The translations under genes were made by a program, and so were the position numbers. This document shows, in pieces, positions 29,941 through 39,472 of a stretch of DNA of 64,000 nucleotides (the stretch's first letter is position 1; each line of letters starts with the position of its first letter). Below the pieces are notes generated by a model. The model did no database searches. It was not told where the DNA came from and was given only the letters and a program-made list of their open reading frames with translations. Location: assembly GCA_963771415.1 (NCBI GenBank), contig CAVYTI010000004.1, forward strand, positions 822,723 through 886,722, written 5' to 3'. The DNA is from an uncultured Acidobacteriota bacterium. Lineage in GTDB: Bacteria; Acidobacteriota; Vicinamibacteria; Vicinamibacterales; 2-12-FULL-66-21.

Positions 29941-32346
29941 TCGCCGAACTGCGCCAGGCGTGGCGGATGATGCTCAAGAGCCCGCTGCTGGCTGGCGTGG
30001 TGATCCTGTCGCTCGGCGTCGGGATCGGTGCCAATACGGTCGTCTTCTCGTGGATCGAGGCGGTCATCTTCAAGCCGATCCCCGGAGTGCGGGACGCCGG
30101 ATCCTTTCACCTGGTCGAGCCCCGTACCGACACCGGCATCTACATCGGCTCGTCCTGGCTCGAGTATCGGGACCTCGCCGACCGGCTGCAGACGATGACC
30201 GATCTGCTCGCGTTTCGGATGGCGCCGTTGTACGTCGGCGACTCCGGAAAGGTCGAGCGCGGCAACGGGCTCCTGGTGTCGGGCAACTACTTTTCGGGTC
30301 TCGGCCTGACACCAGCGCTCGGCCGTCTCCTGCGGCCGGAGGACGTCGATCATCAGGTCGGTCAGCCGGTGATGGTGATCTCCTACGACTACTGGCGGAC
30401 ACGGCTGGGTGGCTCGGCCGACGTGATCGGTCAGTCGATGCGTGTCAACGGCCAGACCTTGACGATCGTCGGCGTCGCGCCAGAGGGATTCCAGGGAACG
30501 ATCCTGAGACTGACCTTCGATATCTGGCTGCCGGCGCCGTTGTCACCATTGCTCTTCACCGGGTCGCGTGAGCTGGAAGACCGATCGGTTCGCAGCTACT
30601 CGATCATCGGTCGGCTCTCGGCGCACGCGAGCGAGGCAAGTGCGCAGGACGAAGTCGCCGGCGTCATGCGGGAGCTGGCGAGAACGTTCCCGAAGACCAA
30701 CACCACCGTGCAGGCGGACGTGCTGTCGTTCTGGCGGGCGCCACGCGGTCCGCAGCGTCTCCTCGCCACCTCGCTCGTCGTCCTCCAGGGCATCACGCTT
30801 CTGCTGCTGCTTGCGGTCTGCGGCAACACCGCCAATCTGCTGCTGGCGCGGGCGAGCGCCCGGCGCCAGGAAATGGCGGTTCGATCTGGCGCTCGGCGCG
30901 AAGCCGTGGCGCGTCGCGCAGCTGCTCCTGACCGAAAGCCTCGTGCTCGCCCTGTGTGGCGCGGCGCTCGGCGCCGGCATGGCGGTTTGGGGAACGCGGG
31001 CGTTGAATGCGTTGCCGCAGATGCGCGTGCGAGGGATCCCCATCTCGTTCCAGACCAACGTGGATGGAACGGGCCTGGCGGTCGCGATGCTGCTCGGCAT
31101 CGCCTGCGCGATCGTCTTCGGTCTGGCCCCGGCGCTGCAGCTCGCGCGTGTCGCTCCGCAGCACCTGCGCGCGAGCTCGAACACCGAGCCGCGCAGCCGG
31201 GTGCGGAACATCCTGATGGCAACCGAGGTGGCGCTCGCCGTGGTGGTGTTGCTGGTCGCGGGGCTGTTCTTTCGAAACTTCAACGCCACACGCGGCGTCG
31301 ATCCGGGATTCGTCCGCGATGGTGTACTGCTCGCCGAATACGATCTGACCGGCCGGCCGGTCGACGAGGCCGGCATGCGGCGCTTCGCCGCCATGCTGCT
31401 GGCGAAGCTGCGCGCTCTTCCCGCTGTTCGCGGTGCCGCAATCGCGTCCGCGGTGCCGCTCGACATCCATGGCCTGCCCACGCGCTTCATCAGCGTCGAA
31501 GGCCGGCCGCGCAACGAGGCCTCGCCGGACCAGGCGTTGGCCAATACGGTGACGCCCGGCTACTTCGAGGTCATGGGCATTCCGCTGCTGCAGGGGAAGG
31601 ATTTCGCCGATCTCGACGATCCTGCCGCACCCGCACAGGCCATCGTCAATGAGGAGTTCGTGCGTCGCTTCCTGGTCGGCGTGCAGCCGTTGGGTCGCCG
31701 CGTCGAGGCGCGTGGACGGAGCTATGTCATCGCGGCGGTCGCACGGAACTCGCTCTACAACGGGTTCGGCGAGCCGCCGCTGCCGATCGTGTACTTCTCG
31801 TACCGCGATCGGCCGGGCGTGATTGGCGAGGTGCACCTGCGCACGCGGGTGGGAAGCGAAACGGCGCTCGCGCCGGACCTCCGCCGGATCGTGCGGGAGC
31901 TGGATCCCGAGTTGCCGGTCTACGACATCCGGACGCTGAACGATCACATCGAGTCGAACCTGATCTTCCGTCGCGTGCCGGCGCGGATGTTCAGCGTGCT
32001 CGGGCCGCTGCTGCTCGTGCTCGCGGCTACGGGGATCTACGCGGTGGTCGCCTATACCGTGTCGCAGCGAACGAAAGAGATTGGCGTTCGGCTGGCACTG
32101 GGCGCGACCACGCGACGGGTCATCCTCGAGCACGTCGGTGAGAGCCTCGTGGTAGTCGGTGTCGGGGCGCTTGGCGGCTGGATGATCGCGTTCTTCGTGG
32201 CGATGGTCAGCTCGCCGGAACCGGTCGACGCCATCGTCTTCAGCGCCGTCCCGAGCGTGTTGATGCTGGTGGCCTGCCTTGCGTGCTGGCTGCCGGCCCG
32301 CCGGGCGGCGCTGGTCGATCCCGTCGTCGCCTTGCGGCAGGACTGA
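29937..32346 (+). pseudogene. ADOP-type duplicated MacB/FtsX orphan permease, interrupted by one extra base near 30885 (as sequenced)
   Basis: Track ORF 29937..31652 gives ...LLAVCGNTANLLLARASARRQEMAVR. Track ORF 30568..32346 (+1 frame) continues LALGAKPWRVAQLLLTESLVLAL... to ...WLPARRAALVDPVVALRQD. Confidence 0.88.
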
Positions 32347-32377
32347 AGAAAAGGGGACAACGTCCCCCCTTCCCGCA

Positions 32378-33709
32378 CTACTTGAAGTACTTCCCCAGGA
32401 ACTGCAGGAACGCGGTCCAGTCGGCAGGCGTCGCCGCATGACCACCGGTGTGATAGTGCCAACCGAGATCTCCGGCGGTCACGGGCGTGTCGAGCGCCGG
32501 AAGGTCCGTGACGCCGAGATCCTTCTTGCCGAGTAGTCGATAGACCGGCCCGGCCGCGACCACCGCCTTGAACTCACCCACCGGGTCAGCCCACTGGTCC
32601 TGGGTGCCGCCGGTAATGAACACCGGTCGCGGCGCGCTCAACGCGATCAGCATGTGCGCATCGACCGGCATCTCGTTCCAGCGCCCCGCCCACTTCTGAA
32701 AATCGCCGGCGAACCAATAGGGAAAATTCTGCGCCATGTCATCGACCGTCTCGCCAAAATCGCGACGCGACAGGGCCGCTCCCATCTCTCCCGAACAGCT
32801 CGCGTAGACGGCGGCAATCCGCTCGTCGAGCGCAGACGCCCACAGCGCCGTCTTGCCGAGCCGCGAGTGCCCGAACAGCGCGATGTGCTGCTTGTCGACG
32901 GCCGGATCGGTCACGAGGTAATCGAGGATCCGGCTGACACCCCACGCCCAGGCGCCGATGGCCCCCCATTCCTCCGGGCCCGGTGCCGTCTTCCCCGATC
33001 CGAGCGTCGTACCGATAACCCCTTGATTGAACGTATCGATCTTGTCGGGCTGGATGTCCAGGTATCCGACCATCGCGTAGCCCCAGCCACGTTCGAGGAT
33101 CTCCGCCGCCACGGGGGGATCGGTACTCGGCGGAGGCGCCGCCCCGGCACGACCTGCCGTCGCTGGCGGAGGCGTCGAACTGCTGGCGAAATTCACGAGC
33201 AGGATGATTGGCGCCGGTTTGCCCGCGTGTGCCGGCGTGTACAACGTCACGTTGATGGTGGGCCCGTCCGCCGCCGTGCCAACTTTGCCGACAATCCGTT
33301 TCTTGACCGCCTTTCCGTCGCGGGCCGCCGGATCGGTTTCCGTCACCTGCCAGGTGACCTTCGGCGTGTTCGCCGGGATCGCACCGAAAATCGACGACTC
33401 GTACAGCTTGATGATCTCCGGTCGGCGCTCGCGCATCCACACCGCGGCGCTTCGAACCGGCTTGCCAGCCGACGACACCAGCGGGTCGGGGAGCGTGTAC
33501 GGATGCACCTTCTTCTCGTCGTAGTTCGAAACGTGACCCGTCTTCAGGGCCAGACGGATCGGATTGCCGTTGGGATCGGTCCCGAGGTTGGTGCTGCGTC
33601 CGGGACTTGAAGTCTGTGCCGTTGCCGGCGCTGGAGTGGCCGTCTGTTGAGCGGACGCCACGATTCCAGCCAGGCACACCACGGAGGTCAGGAAGGCACG
33701 GGTTTGCAT
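32378..33709 (-). CDS. secreted alpha/beta hydrolase, glucuronoyl-esterase (CE15)-like
   Basis: Signal peptide MQTRAFLTSVVCLAGIVASAQQ. ...IALFGHSRLGKTALWASALDERI is a G-x-S-R-x-GK nucleophile elbow as in CE15. GGAG lies 9 nt before ATG 33709. Confidence 0.7.
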   Translation of the reverse strand: MQTRAFLTSVVCLAGIVASAQQTATPAPATAQTSSPGRSTNLGTDPNGNPIRLALKTGHVSNYDEKKVHPYTLPDPLVSSAGKPVRSAAVWMRERRPEIIKLYESSIFGAIPANTPKVTWQVTETDPAARDGKAVKKRIVGKVGTAADGPTINVTLYTPAHAGKPAPIILLVNFASSSTPPPATAGRAGAAPPPSTDPPVAAEILERGWGYAMVGYLDIQPDKIDTFNQGVIGTTLGSGKTAPGPEEWGAIGAWAWGVSRILDYLVTDPAVDKQHIALFGHSRLGKTALWASALDERIAAVYASCSGEMGAALSRRDFGETVDDMAQNFPYWFAGDFQKWAGRWNEMPVDAHMLIALSAPRPVFITGGTQDQWADPVGEFKAVVAAGPVYRLLGKKDLGVTDLPALDTPVTAGDLGWHYHTGGHAATPADWTAFLQFLGKYFK

Positions 33710-33779
33710 ATGAAGTTTCTCCAACGGACCTGTCGATCGATCCACCGTCGCATCTTCTCAAATCGCTCGTCGTGAACGA

Positions 33780-34832
33780 CTACTTCAGCGCCGCCGGATC
33801 GATCACCACGTGCTTGATGCGCTCACGTTTCCACGTGTAGGTGACGTGTACGCGACCATCGCGCGCCTGGATCATCGCCGGATACGAATGCTCGCCGGGT
33901 GGCTCTTCGAGGACGACCGCCGATCGCCACGTGGTTCCGTCTTCCGATACGGCAATCTCCAGCTTGTCGCGCTCTGTTCTGCTCGGATTGTAGACCAGCA
34001 GGAATCGCCCGTCCGCCAGCCGCACGGCGTCGATGCCCGCGCTCGGATTGGCCAGGGACGTCGCGTGCATGTGCCCCCAGGTTTTGCCGCCGTCATCGGA
34101 CCGCGTGTCGGTGACGACGCCCTGTCGGCTGCGGCAGAGAATCTGCCACGCCGTGGGCGAATGCATCAGAATCGTTGGCTGGATCGCGCCGAACTCGGCC
34201 GGGTCGTTGAGCGGCGACGAGATCTCCCACGATTTGGGATCGGCGAGGCCGGCTGCGGTCCACTTGCCGCTGAACCGCTCCATGTGCGTCACCCAACCTT
34301 TGTCCTCCGTGCTGGAGCCGGCCAGCATCTCGCCGCCGGTCAACTCCACGGGCTTTGCCCGAATCGGCCCGAGGACACCTGGCGGGAGAGGGATTGCGTC
34401 GGACCACGTATGCCCCGCGTCGTTCGACGTGCGAGCCAGACCCCACCATTCGCTGGGGCTCGGTCCGACCTTGTAGAAGAGCACGAGCGGTCCATTGAAG
34501 GGCAGGAACAGCACCGGATTCCAGGACGGCTGCCGCGTGCCATTCGGCTGCACGCCGTTGGCGACCTCGACCGGCGTCGACCAGCCGCCCGCCTCCCGTC
34601 GTGAGACCCAGATGCCGACGTCGGGATTGCGCTCCTTGGTTCCACCGAACCACGCGGCCACCAGACCTTCGGGCGTCTCGACGATCGTGGAGGCGTGGGC
34701 GGACGCGAAGGGCGCGCGTTCAAAGATGTATTCGCTCTGGACGATCGTGGTCGGGCCAGTCTGCGGATAGCCAGCTTGCACCGCAATCGTCGTCAGCGCG
34801 ACGAGCGCGCAACCTCGCACATTCATGACCAC
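33780..34832 (-). CDS. BNR/Asp-box repeat exo-alpha-sialidase-like glycosidase (secreted)
   Basis: Signal peptide. Asp-boxes SNDAGHTWSD, SDDGGKTWG, SEDGTTW. ...ASAHASTIVETPEGLVAAWFGG... is typical of the sialidase-like beta-propeller family. Confidence 0.8.
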   Translation of the reverse strand: MVMNVRGCALVALTTIAVQAGYPQTGPTTIVQSEYIFERAPFASAHASTIVETPEGLVAAWFGGTKERNPDVGIWVSRREAGGWSTPVEVANGVQPNGTRQPSWNPVLFLPFNGPLVLFYKVGPSPSEWWGLARTSNDAGHTWSDAIPLPPGVLGPIRAKPVELTGGEMLAGSSTEDKGWVTHMERFSGKWTAAGLADPKSWEISSPLNDPAEFGAIQPTILMHSPTAWQILCRSRQGVVTDTRSDDGGKTWGHMHATSLANPSAGIDAVRLADGRFLLVYNPSRTERDKLEIAVSEDGTTWRSAVVLEEPPGEHSYPAMIQARDGRVHVTYTWKRERIKHVVIDPAALK

Positions 34833-34851
34833 GCGATCCCGAAAAAGCCGG

Positions 34852-35145
34852 CTACGCCTTGCCGAACGCGAGCCGCGCCCGCTCCGTCTGCAATTCGTGC
34901 AGGACGCGCATGACGTTATAGGCGGTCAACTCGACGAGAAGGGTCGTCACCTTCGCGTGCTGCTCATCGCTGAGATCGGGTTCCGCGGCCTTCATTGCCG
35001 CCACGAGACGTTGTTCCTGACCCTCGACTTCCGTCTTCGAGACAACGCCGTCGGCGAGTGCGCTCGTGAACGACTCGAGCTTGTTGATCCGTTCCTGAAT
35101 GATCGGGTGTTGCGCTTTATCGTCGAACCAGCTTGTGCGTGCCAC
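34852..35145 (-). CDS. 97-aa helical protein of unknown function, last gene of the PspA/AAA+ operon
   Basis: MARTSWFDDKAQHPIIQERINKLESFTSALADGVVSKTEVEGQEQRLVAAMKAAEPDLSDEQHAKVTTLLVELTAYNVMRVLHEL. It starts 9 nt after the AAA+ stop. No family recognised. Confidence 0.6.
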   Translation of the reverse strand: MARTSWFDDKAQHPIIQERINKLESFTSALADGVVSKTEVEGQEQRLVAAMKAAEPDLSDEQHAKVTTLLVELTAYNVMRVLHELQTERARLAFGKA

Positions 35146-35154
35146 GGGGACCTC

Positions 35155-36924
35155 CTACAACTCTTTCACCAGTTGCTTGAGCGCGGTCAGGCGCGCCTGC
35201 AGGGCACCGCGCGCTCCCTCGCCGGTTGTTTTCTCGAGAATCGATGGCGGCAGGAACTGGCGATCCGTGCACTCGAGGATGGCCGCCGTCTCCTGTAACT
35301 CGCGCTCGAGACCTTGCGTGGACGGCATGAATTGCACGACCACGTCGGCGAGCGACTCGCGGGTGATGTGATCGGCGCCGGCGAGCAGCGATGCGCGCCA
35401 CGCCCGCCCGACCATGCCTTCGATGTCCGCCCCCGACAGATGGCCGCGCTGCGGAATCGCCGGCACATCCTCGAGAGCCACACGTGAGCCGAGCTTCTTG
35501 GCCAGGATCACGAACATCTGACGGATCTCCGCCTCGTCGGTCGGATAGAACAGCGGAATGTGGACCTCGGCGCGTCCTTGCCGCTTCAAGTCGATCGGCA
35601 GCAGATCGGGACGCGCTGTCAGCAGCATCCACAGGATGCGTCCGCGGTACTGCGTATCCCCCATCTGCGCGGCAATCATGGCGAAGACGCGGCTCGAGGT
35701 TCCCGAGTCGCCGTCCTGCTCGCGACTGCCCAGCGCAGCGTCCGCTTCGTCCACGACGACGACGACCGGACCCATCGCCCGCAGGACCGCCAGCACGCGC
35801 TCCAGATTTCCTTCCGTCTCCCCGACATACTTCGAGCGGAAGTTCTTGAGAACGACGCAGGGGACGCCGATCTCGCCGCTGACGCACTGGGCGAGGAACG
35901 ACTTGCCAGTGCCGACCGGTCCGCAGAGCAGATACCCCATCGGCAGGCTATCGAGCGCACCTCGTTTGAGCAACGCCGCATCCTCGCGCAGTCGTGCTTT
36001 CGCCGCCTCATGGCCGACAACCGTATCGAGGGTCCACCGCGGTTCGATGAACTCGAGCAGGCCGTGACACTGGCGCTCGAGCAGCCGCTTCTTCAGCGCG
36101 CGGAACACGGTGGCGTCGAGCCGCTTGCCGCTCTCGCGCGCCGACTGGACGAGCACGTTGAGGTCGGTGAGCGAGATGCCCGCGGTCAGCGTCGCCAGCT
36201 GCGAAGCGTCGTAATCGGAAAAGTCCTTGAGCGCCGTCGTGCCGCACGACGCGGTGATGAATGTTTGGCGCGCCTTCTCGTCAGGCAGCGGTACCTCGAT
36301 TGTCGCGACGTGCGGGTTGCCGGTGAGCCGATCGCTCAGGTCGGCGAGCTTTTCGTCCACCATGACGAACGCCATGTTCAACCGCTTCACATGCGGGCTC
36401 ATCGCCCAGTTCAGCATCGTCACCAGCTGCGACGAGGCCTGCATGTTCAGGCGACCTGGCTCGCCGGAGGGAAACAGGTACGACGCCTGATCCATGATCA
36501 CCGCGAGGCTGAGCCGATCTTCCTCCGCCGCCATGATGTTGTTGCGCACGAAGCGGTCGAGCAGCGCGAAGGTGGCGGCCGGATCCTTGGGAAGGGCGCT
36601 GAGATCACCCACCTTCTTGGTGGCGAGCGCGACCATGTCCTTGAGCCGCTGCTCGTCCCTTCCGGCGAAGGCGCGCAGGCCGCGCCCGAGGTCGTAATGC
36701 AGCACCAGCGACCAGCGGCCGAACAGCTGTTCCGCCAGGAACTCCGCCAGCACGCCGTAGCGCGATTCGTCGTCATCGACGCGGAAGAGATCGTAGGTGT
36801 TGCCGTTCAGGACGAACGCGGCGGTCGTGCCCGAGAAGTACAGGTCCGCCAGCTGCGCTGACCAGGCTGGAAGCCATGCCGGCAGGTTCGCCGGACGCCG
36901 ATGCAGCTGCGAATCAAGCGTCAT
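35155..36924 (-). CDS. classical-clade AAA+ ATPase (Vps4/FtsH/Cdc48-like ATPase module) with an N-terminal region of about 320 aa of unknown function
   Basis: Walker A LLCGPVGTGKSFLA, pore loop FRSKYVGETEGNLERV, Walker B PVVVVVDEADAAL, SRH / Arg finger LLTARPDLLPIDLKRQGRAEVHIPLFYPTDEAE. 11-nt overlap with the upstream gene. Confidence 0.88.
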   Translation of the reverse strand: MTLDSQLHRRPANLPAWLPAWSAQLADLYFSGTTAAFVLNGNTYDLFRVDDDESRYGVLAEFLAEQLFGRWSLVLHYDLGRGLRAFAGRDEQRLKDMVALATKKVGDLSALPKDPAATFALLDRFVRNNIMAAEEDRLSLAVIMDQASYLFPSGEPGRLNMQASSQLVTMLNWAMSPHVKRLNMAFVMVDEKLADLSDRLTGNPHVATIEVPLPDEKARQTFITASCGTTALKDFSDYDASQLATLTAGISLTDLNVLVQSARESGKRLDATVFRALKKRLLERQCHGLLEFIEPRWTLDTVVGHEAAKARLREDAALLKRGALDSLPMGYLLCGPVGTGKSFLAQCVSGEIGVPCVVLKNFRSKYVGETEGNLERVLAVLRAMGPVVVVVDEADAALGSREQDGDSGTSSRVFAMIAAQMGDTQYRGRILWMLLTARPDLLPIDLKRQGRAEVHIPLFYPTDEAEIRQMFVILAKKLGSRVALEDVPAIPQRGHLSGADIEGMVGRAWRASLLAGADHITRESLADVVVQFMPSTQGLERELQETAAILECTDRQFLPPSILEKTTGEGARGALQARLTALKQLVKEL

Positions 36925-37834
36925 GGCGGAGCACCTCGCGCAGGTCGGTCTCGAGGATGGCCGGCGGCTCCTGCAGTTGGTCGGCGAGCCCGGTCAGATG
37001 CTGCAGCTCACTGACCGCCTTTTCCGTCTGCCTCATGCTTTCGGCAGCAGAATCCACCTGGCTGCTCAGGAAATCGGGATCCTGACGATTGACGGCGGTC
37101 TCGGCGAGCGCCTGGATCTTACCCTCGATGCGATCGAGCTCAATCGAAACGAAGTCGGCGTTCTTCTTGGCACGACCGAAGTTGTCGAGCCTGAGCTCGC
37201 CCATCGCGATGCTGTCCTGCAGCGATCGCACGACCCGCTCGTCGCCGCCGCTGCCCTGCGCCGCCGTCAGGCTCTTGTGCAGCTCCTCGAGCCGCGAGGC
37301 AATCTCCTTTTCGTTCATGGTCTGGAGAAAGCGGTCGAGCGCCGCGCGCGACAGCAGCAGCCGGAGAAACAGCCAGAGCAGGCGATCGAGCCCCGGCGTC
37401 CTGGCCTCCTCGCCGGCAGTCTGGTCGCCGGCCGCGCCCCGAACGCCGGCAGCTATCCCGCGCATTTCGAGGCAGCGCGCGTGAAGCCTCTCGAATCGCA
37501 GCCTCGAGTCGCGTGGCAGGCCGCTCAGCATCGACACCAGCGACACCGGCGGCGCCTGCGGCTGTCCTTCCGTGCCGGAAGCAGAAGTCATCGCATGAAC
37601 CTTCGCGTCGATCGCCGCTCGGAACCGAGGAATCGACACCAGTCCGGCGAGATACGTGAGCTCGGCCGCAGCGACGAGCGGCAGCAGCACGGCGGCGACA
37701 GGCGTCAACGCGGCAGCCGCGACGCCGCCGCCGAACAGCAGCAGGTTCCACCGGAACAGAAATGCCTCTTTGATGTAGTCGGGCATCCCGCCCGACCGCG
37801 GGGGTCCTGACGGATCCGGAGCCGGACTAGTCAT
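36914..37834 (-). CDS. membrane protein (TM hairpin) with a long cytoplasmic coiled-coil; unknown function
   Basis: [42 protein letters not shown] forms two TM helices, followed by heptad-rich helices (...[17 protein letters not shown]..., ...[18 protein letters not shown]...). It overlaps both neighbours (8 nt and 11 nt). ATG 37786 is an alternative start. Confidence 0.65.
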   Translation of the reverse strand: MTSPAPDPSGPPRSGGMPDYIKEAFLFRWNLLLFGGGVAAAALTPVAAVLLPLVAAAELTYLAGLVSIPRFRAAIDAKVHAMTSASGTEGQPQAPPVSLVSMLSGLPRDSRLRFERLHARCLEMRGIAAGVRGAAGDQTAGEEARTPGLDRLLWLFLRLLLSRAALDRFLQTMNEKEIASRLEELHKSLTAAQGSGGDERVVRSLQDSIAMGELRLDNFGRAKKNADFVSIELDRIEGKIQALAETAVNRQDPDFLSSQVDSAAESMRQTEKAVSELQHLTGLADQLQEPPAILETDLREVLRHDA

Positions 37835-38654
37835 CGCCGGCCCGGGTGGAGGTCGCCAAGGTGTCGATCAGATCGCGGATCTCGAAGACACGCTCCATGA
37901 ACGCCGGGTCGCGCTGCATCTCCTTCGGCGGACGATCCGAGCCGGGGACCGCCATCTCCTTGAGAATCGTTCCGGGCGCGCCGGAAAACACGTAGACGCG
38001 ATCGCCGAGGTAGACCGCCTCCTCGATCGAGTGGGTGACGAAGAACACTGTCGCCTGCGCCTCTTTCCACAGGTCGACCAGCAAGGCCTGCATGTGCAGG
38101 CGGGTCGTCGGATCGAGCGCGCCGAACGGCTCGTCCATCAGGATGATTCGTGGCGACAGGATCAAGGTCCGCGCGATGGCGACGCGCTGGCGCATCCCAC
38201 CCGACAGCTCGTTGGGATATTTCGTCGCATCGCGCTTGACGTCGAGCCCCACCTTCGCGATCCATTCCCGCGCACGCTCGCGGCGATCGGCCGAGGCGAC
38301 GCCGCGGCACTCGAGGCCGAAGGCGACGTTGTCTTCGACGGTCCGGTTGTCGAACGAGGTGTAGTCCTGGAACACCATGCTTCGATCCGAGCTCGGCGGC
38401 CCCACCGGCTTCTCGCCGACGAGCACCGTGCCGGTCGTCGGCGGATGGTGTGGACGCAACCCGGCAATCAGCCTGAGCACGGTCGATTTGCCGCACCCCG
38501 ACGGCCCGAGAATCGCGATGAACTCCCCTTTGTTGGGAAGGTCCTTCACCGCGAACGTCACGTCGCGGATCACCGTCAGGTCGCCGAACTTCTTCGTGAC
38601 GTGATCGAACTGGACGATGTTCGGGAGATCAGTCGCGGCGTCGCTCATCGTCAT
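37827..38654 (-). CDS. ABC transporter ATP-binding protein (NitT/TauT-type importer)
   Basis: [18 protein letters not shown] (Walker A), [15 protein letters not shown] (signature), [13 protein letters not shown] (Walker B), FVTHSIEEA (H-loop). Start at ATG 38654 (MTMSDAATD), in an ATGA overlap with the permease stop. The upstream part of track ORF 37827..39575 is shadow. Confidence 0.9.
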   Translation of the reverse strand: MTMSDAATDLPNIVQFDHVTKKFGDLTVIRDVTFAVKDLPNKGEFIAILGPSGCGKSTVLRLIAGLRPHHPPTTGTVLVGEKPVGPPSSDRSMVFQDYTSFDNRTVEDNVAFGLECRGVASADRRERAREWIAKVGLDVKRDATKYPNELSGGMRQRVAIARTLILSPRIILMDEPFGALDPTTRLHMQALLVDLWKEAQATVFFVTHSIEEAVYLGDRVYVFSGAPGTILKEMAVPGSDRPPKEMQRDPAFMERVFEIRDLIDTLATSTRAGDD

Positions 38655-39472
38655 TCTTCCACGAGGCGATGCGGGAACAGACCACGCTGGAACCAGAACA
38701 GCACGCGATCGATGCCGTACGCGAGCAGCCCGATAATGATCAGGATCAGGATGATGTGCTCCGACAGCCCGCGGCGCTGGCTGGCCATCAGCAGGTAGCC
38801 CAGGCCGTGCTGCGCGTTGATCAGCTCGGCCAGCATGATGTAGCCGAACGCCAGGCCGAACAGGTGTCGCAGGCTGTTGTAGATGTCGGGCAGGGCGAGC
38901 GCGACGAGGACCTTCCGCACGATCTGGAACGATGTCGCGCCGAGCGTCTGCGCCGCCTCGACGTAGCGGTCGGGTACGTTGACCACGGCCGAGACCGCGT
39001 CGGAGTAGACGAACGGCACGCAGGCAATGAAGATGAACATCACCTTCTGCGTTTCGTCGATGCCGAACCACAGGATCGTCAGCGGAATCAACGCGGCGAC
39101 GGGCAGGTTGCGGCCGAAAAGCGCCAGCGGGGCGCCGGCGGCCTCGAGGACGCGCCACGATCCGGCGGCGATGCCAAGGGGAACGCCGACGAGCGCGGCC
39201 AGCCCGAAACCAACCAGCACGCGCTTCAGCGTCGCGGCGATGCTCTGCAGCAGCGCCCGCTCGTTGAGCAGGCTCGGGAAGCTGCGGAGCACTTCGCCGG
39301 GGCTCGGGAGGATCACCGGGGAGATCAGGCGGTCCTCCGAACCGAGACCGGAGGTGACGAACCACCAGACGAGGACAATGACCCCCATCGCAATGGCCCC
39401 GACGAGTCGCCGCGTCATCGGCGGCGGCACGATTCGGATGGCCAGCAGCGACGACTGCGAGTCGGTCGGCAT
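38651..39472 (-). CDS. ABC transporter permease (NitT/TauT family, BPD-type)
   Basis: 273 aa with 6 TM helices. EAA-like loop ...[28 protein letters not shown]... It starts at the base directly after the stop of the SBP gene. Confidence 0.9.
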   Translation of the reverse strand: MPTDSQSSLLAIRIVPPPMTRRLVGAIAMGVIVLVWWFVTSGLGSEDRLISPVILPSPGEVLRSFPSLLNERALLQSIAATLKRVLVGFGLAALVGVPLGIAAGSWRVLEAAGAPLALFGRNLPVAALIPLTILWFGIDETQKVMFIFIACVPFVYSDAVSAVVNVPDRYVEAAQTLGATSFQIVRKVLVALALPDIYNSLRHLFGLAFGYIMLAELINAQHGLGYLLMASQRRGLSEHIILILIIIGLLAYGIDRVLFWFQRGLFPHRLVEE

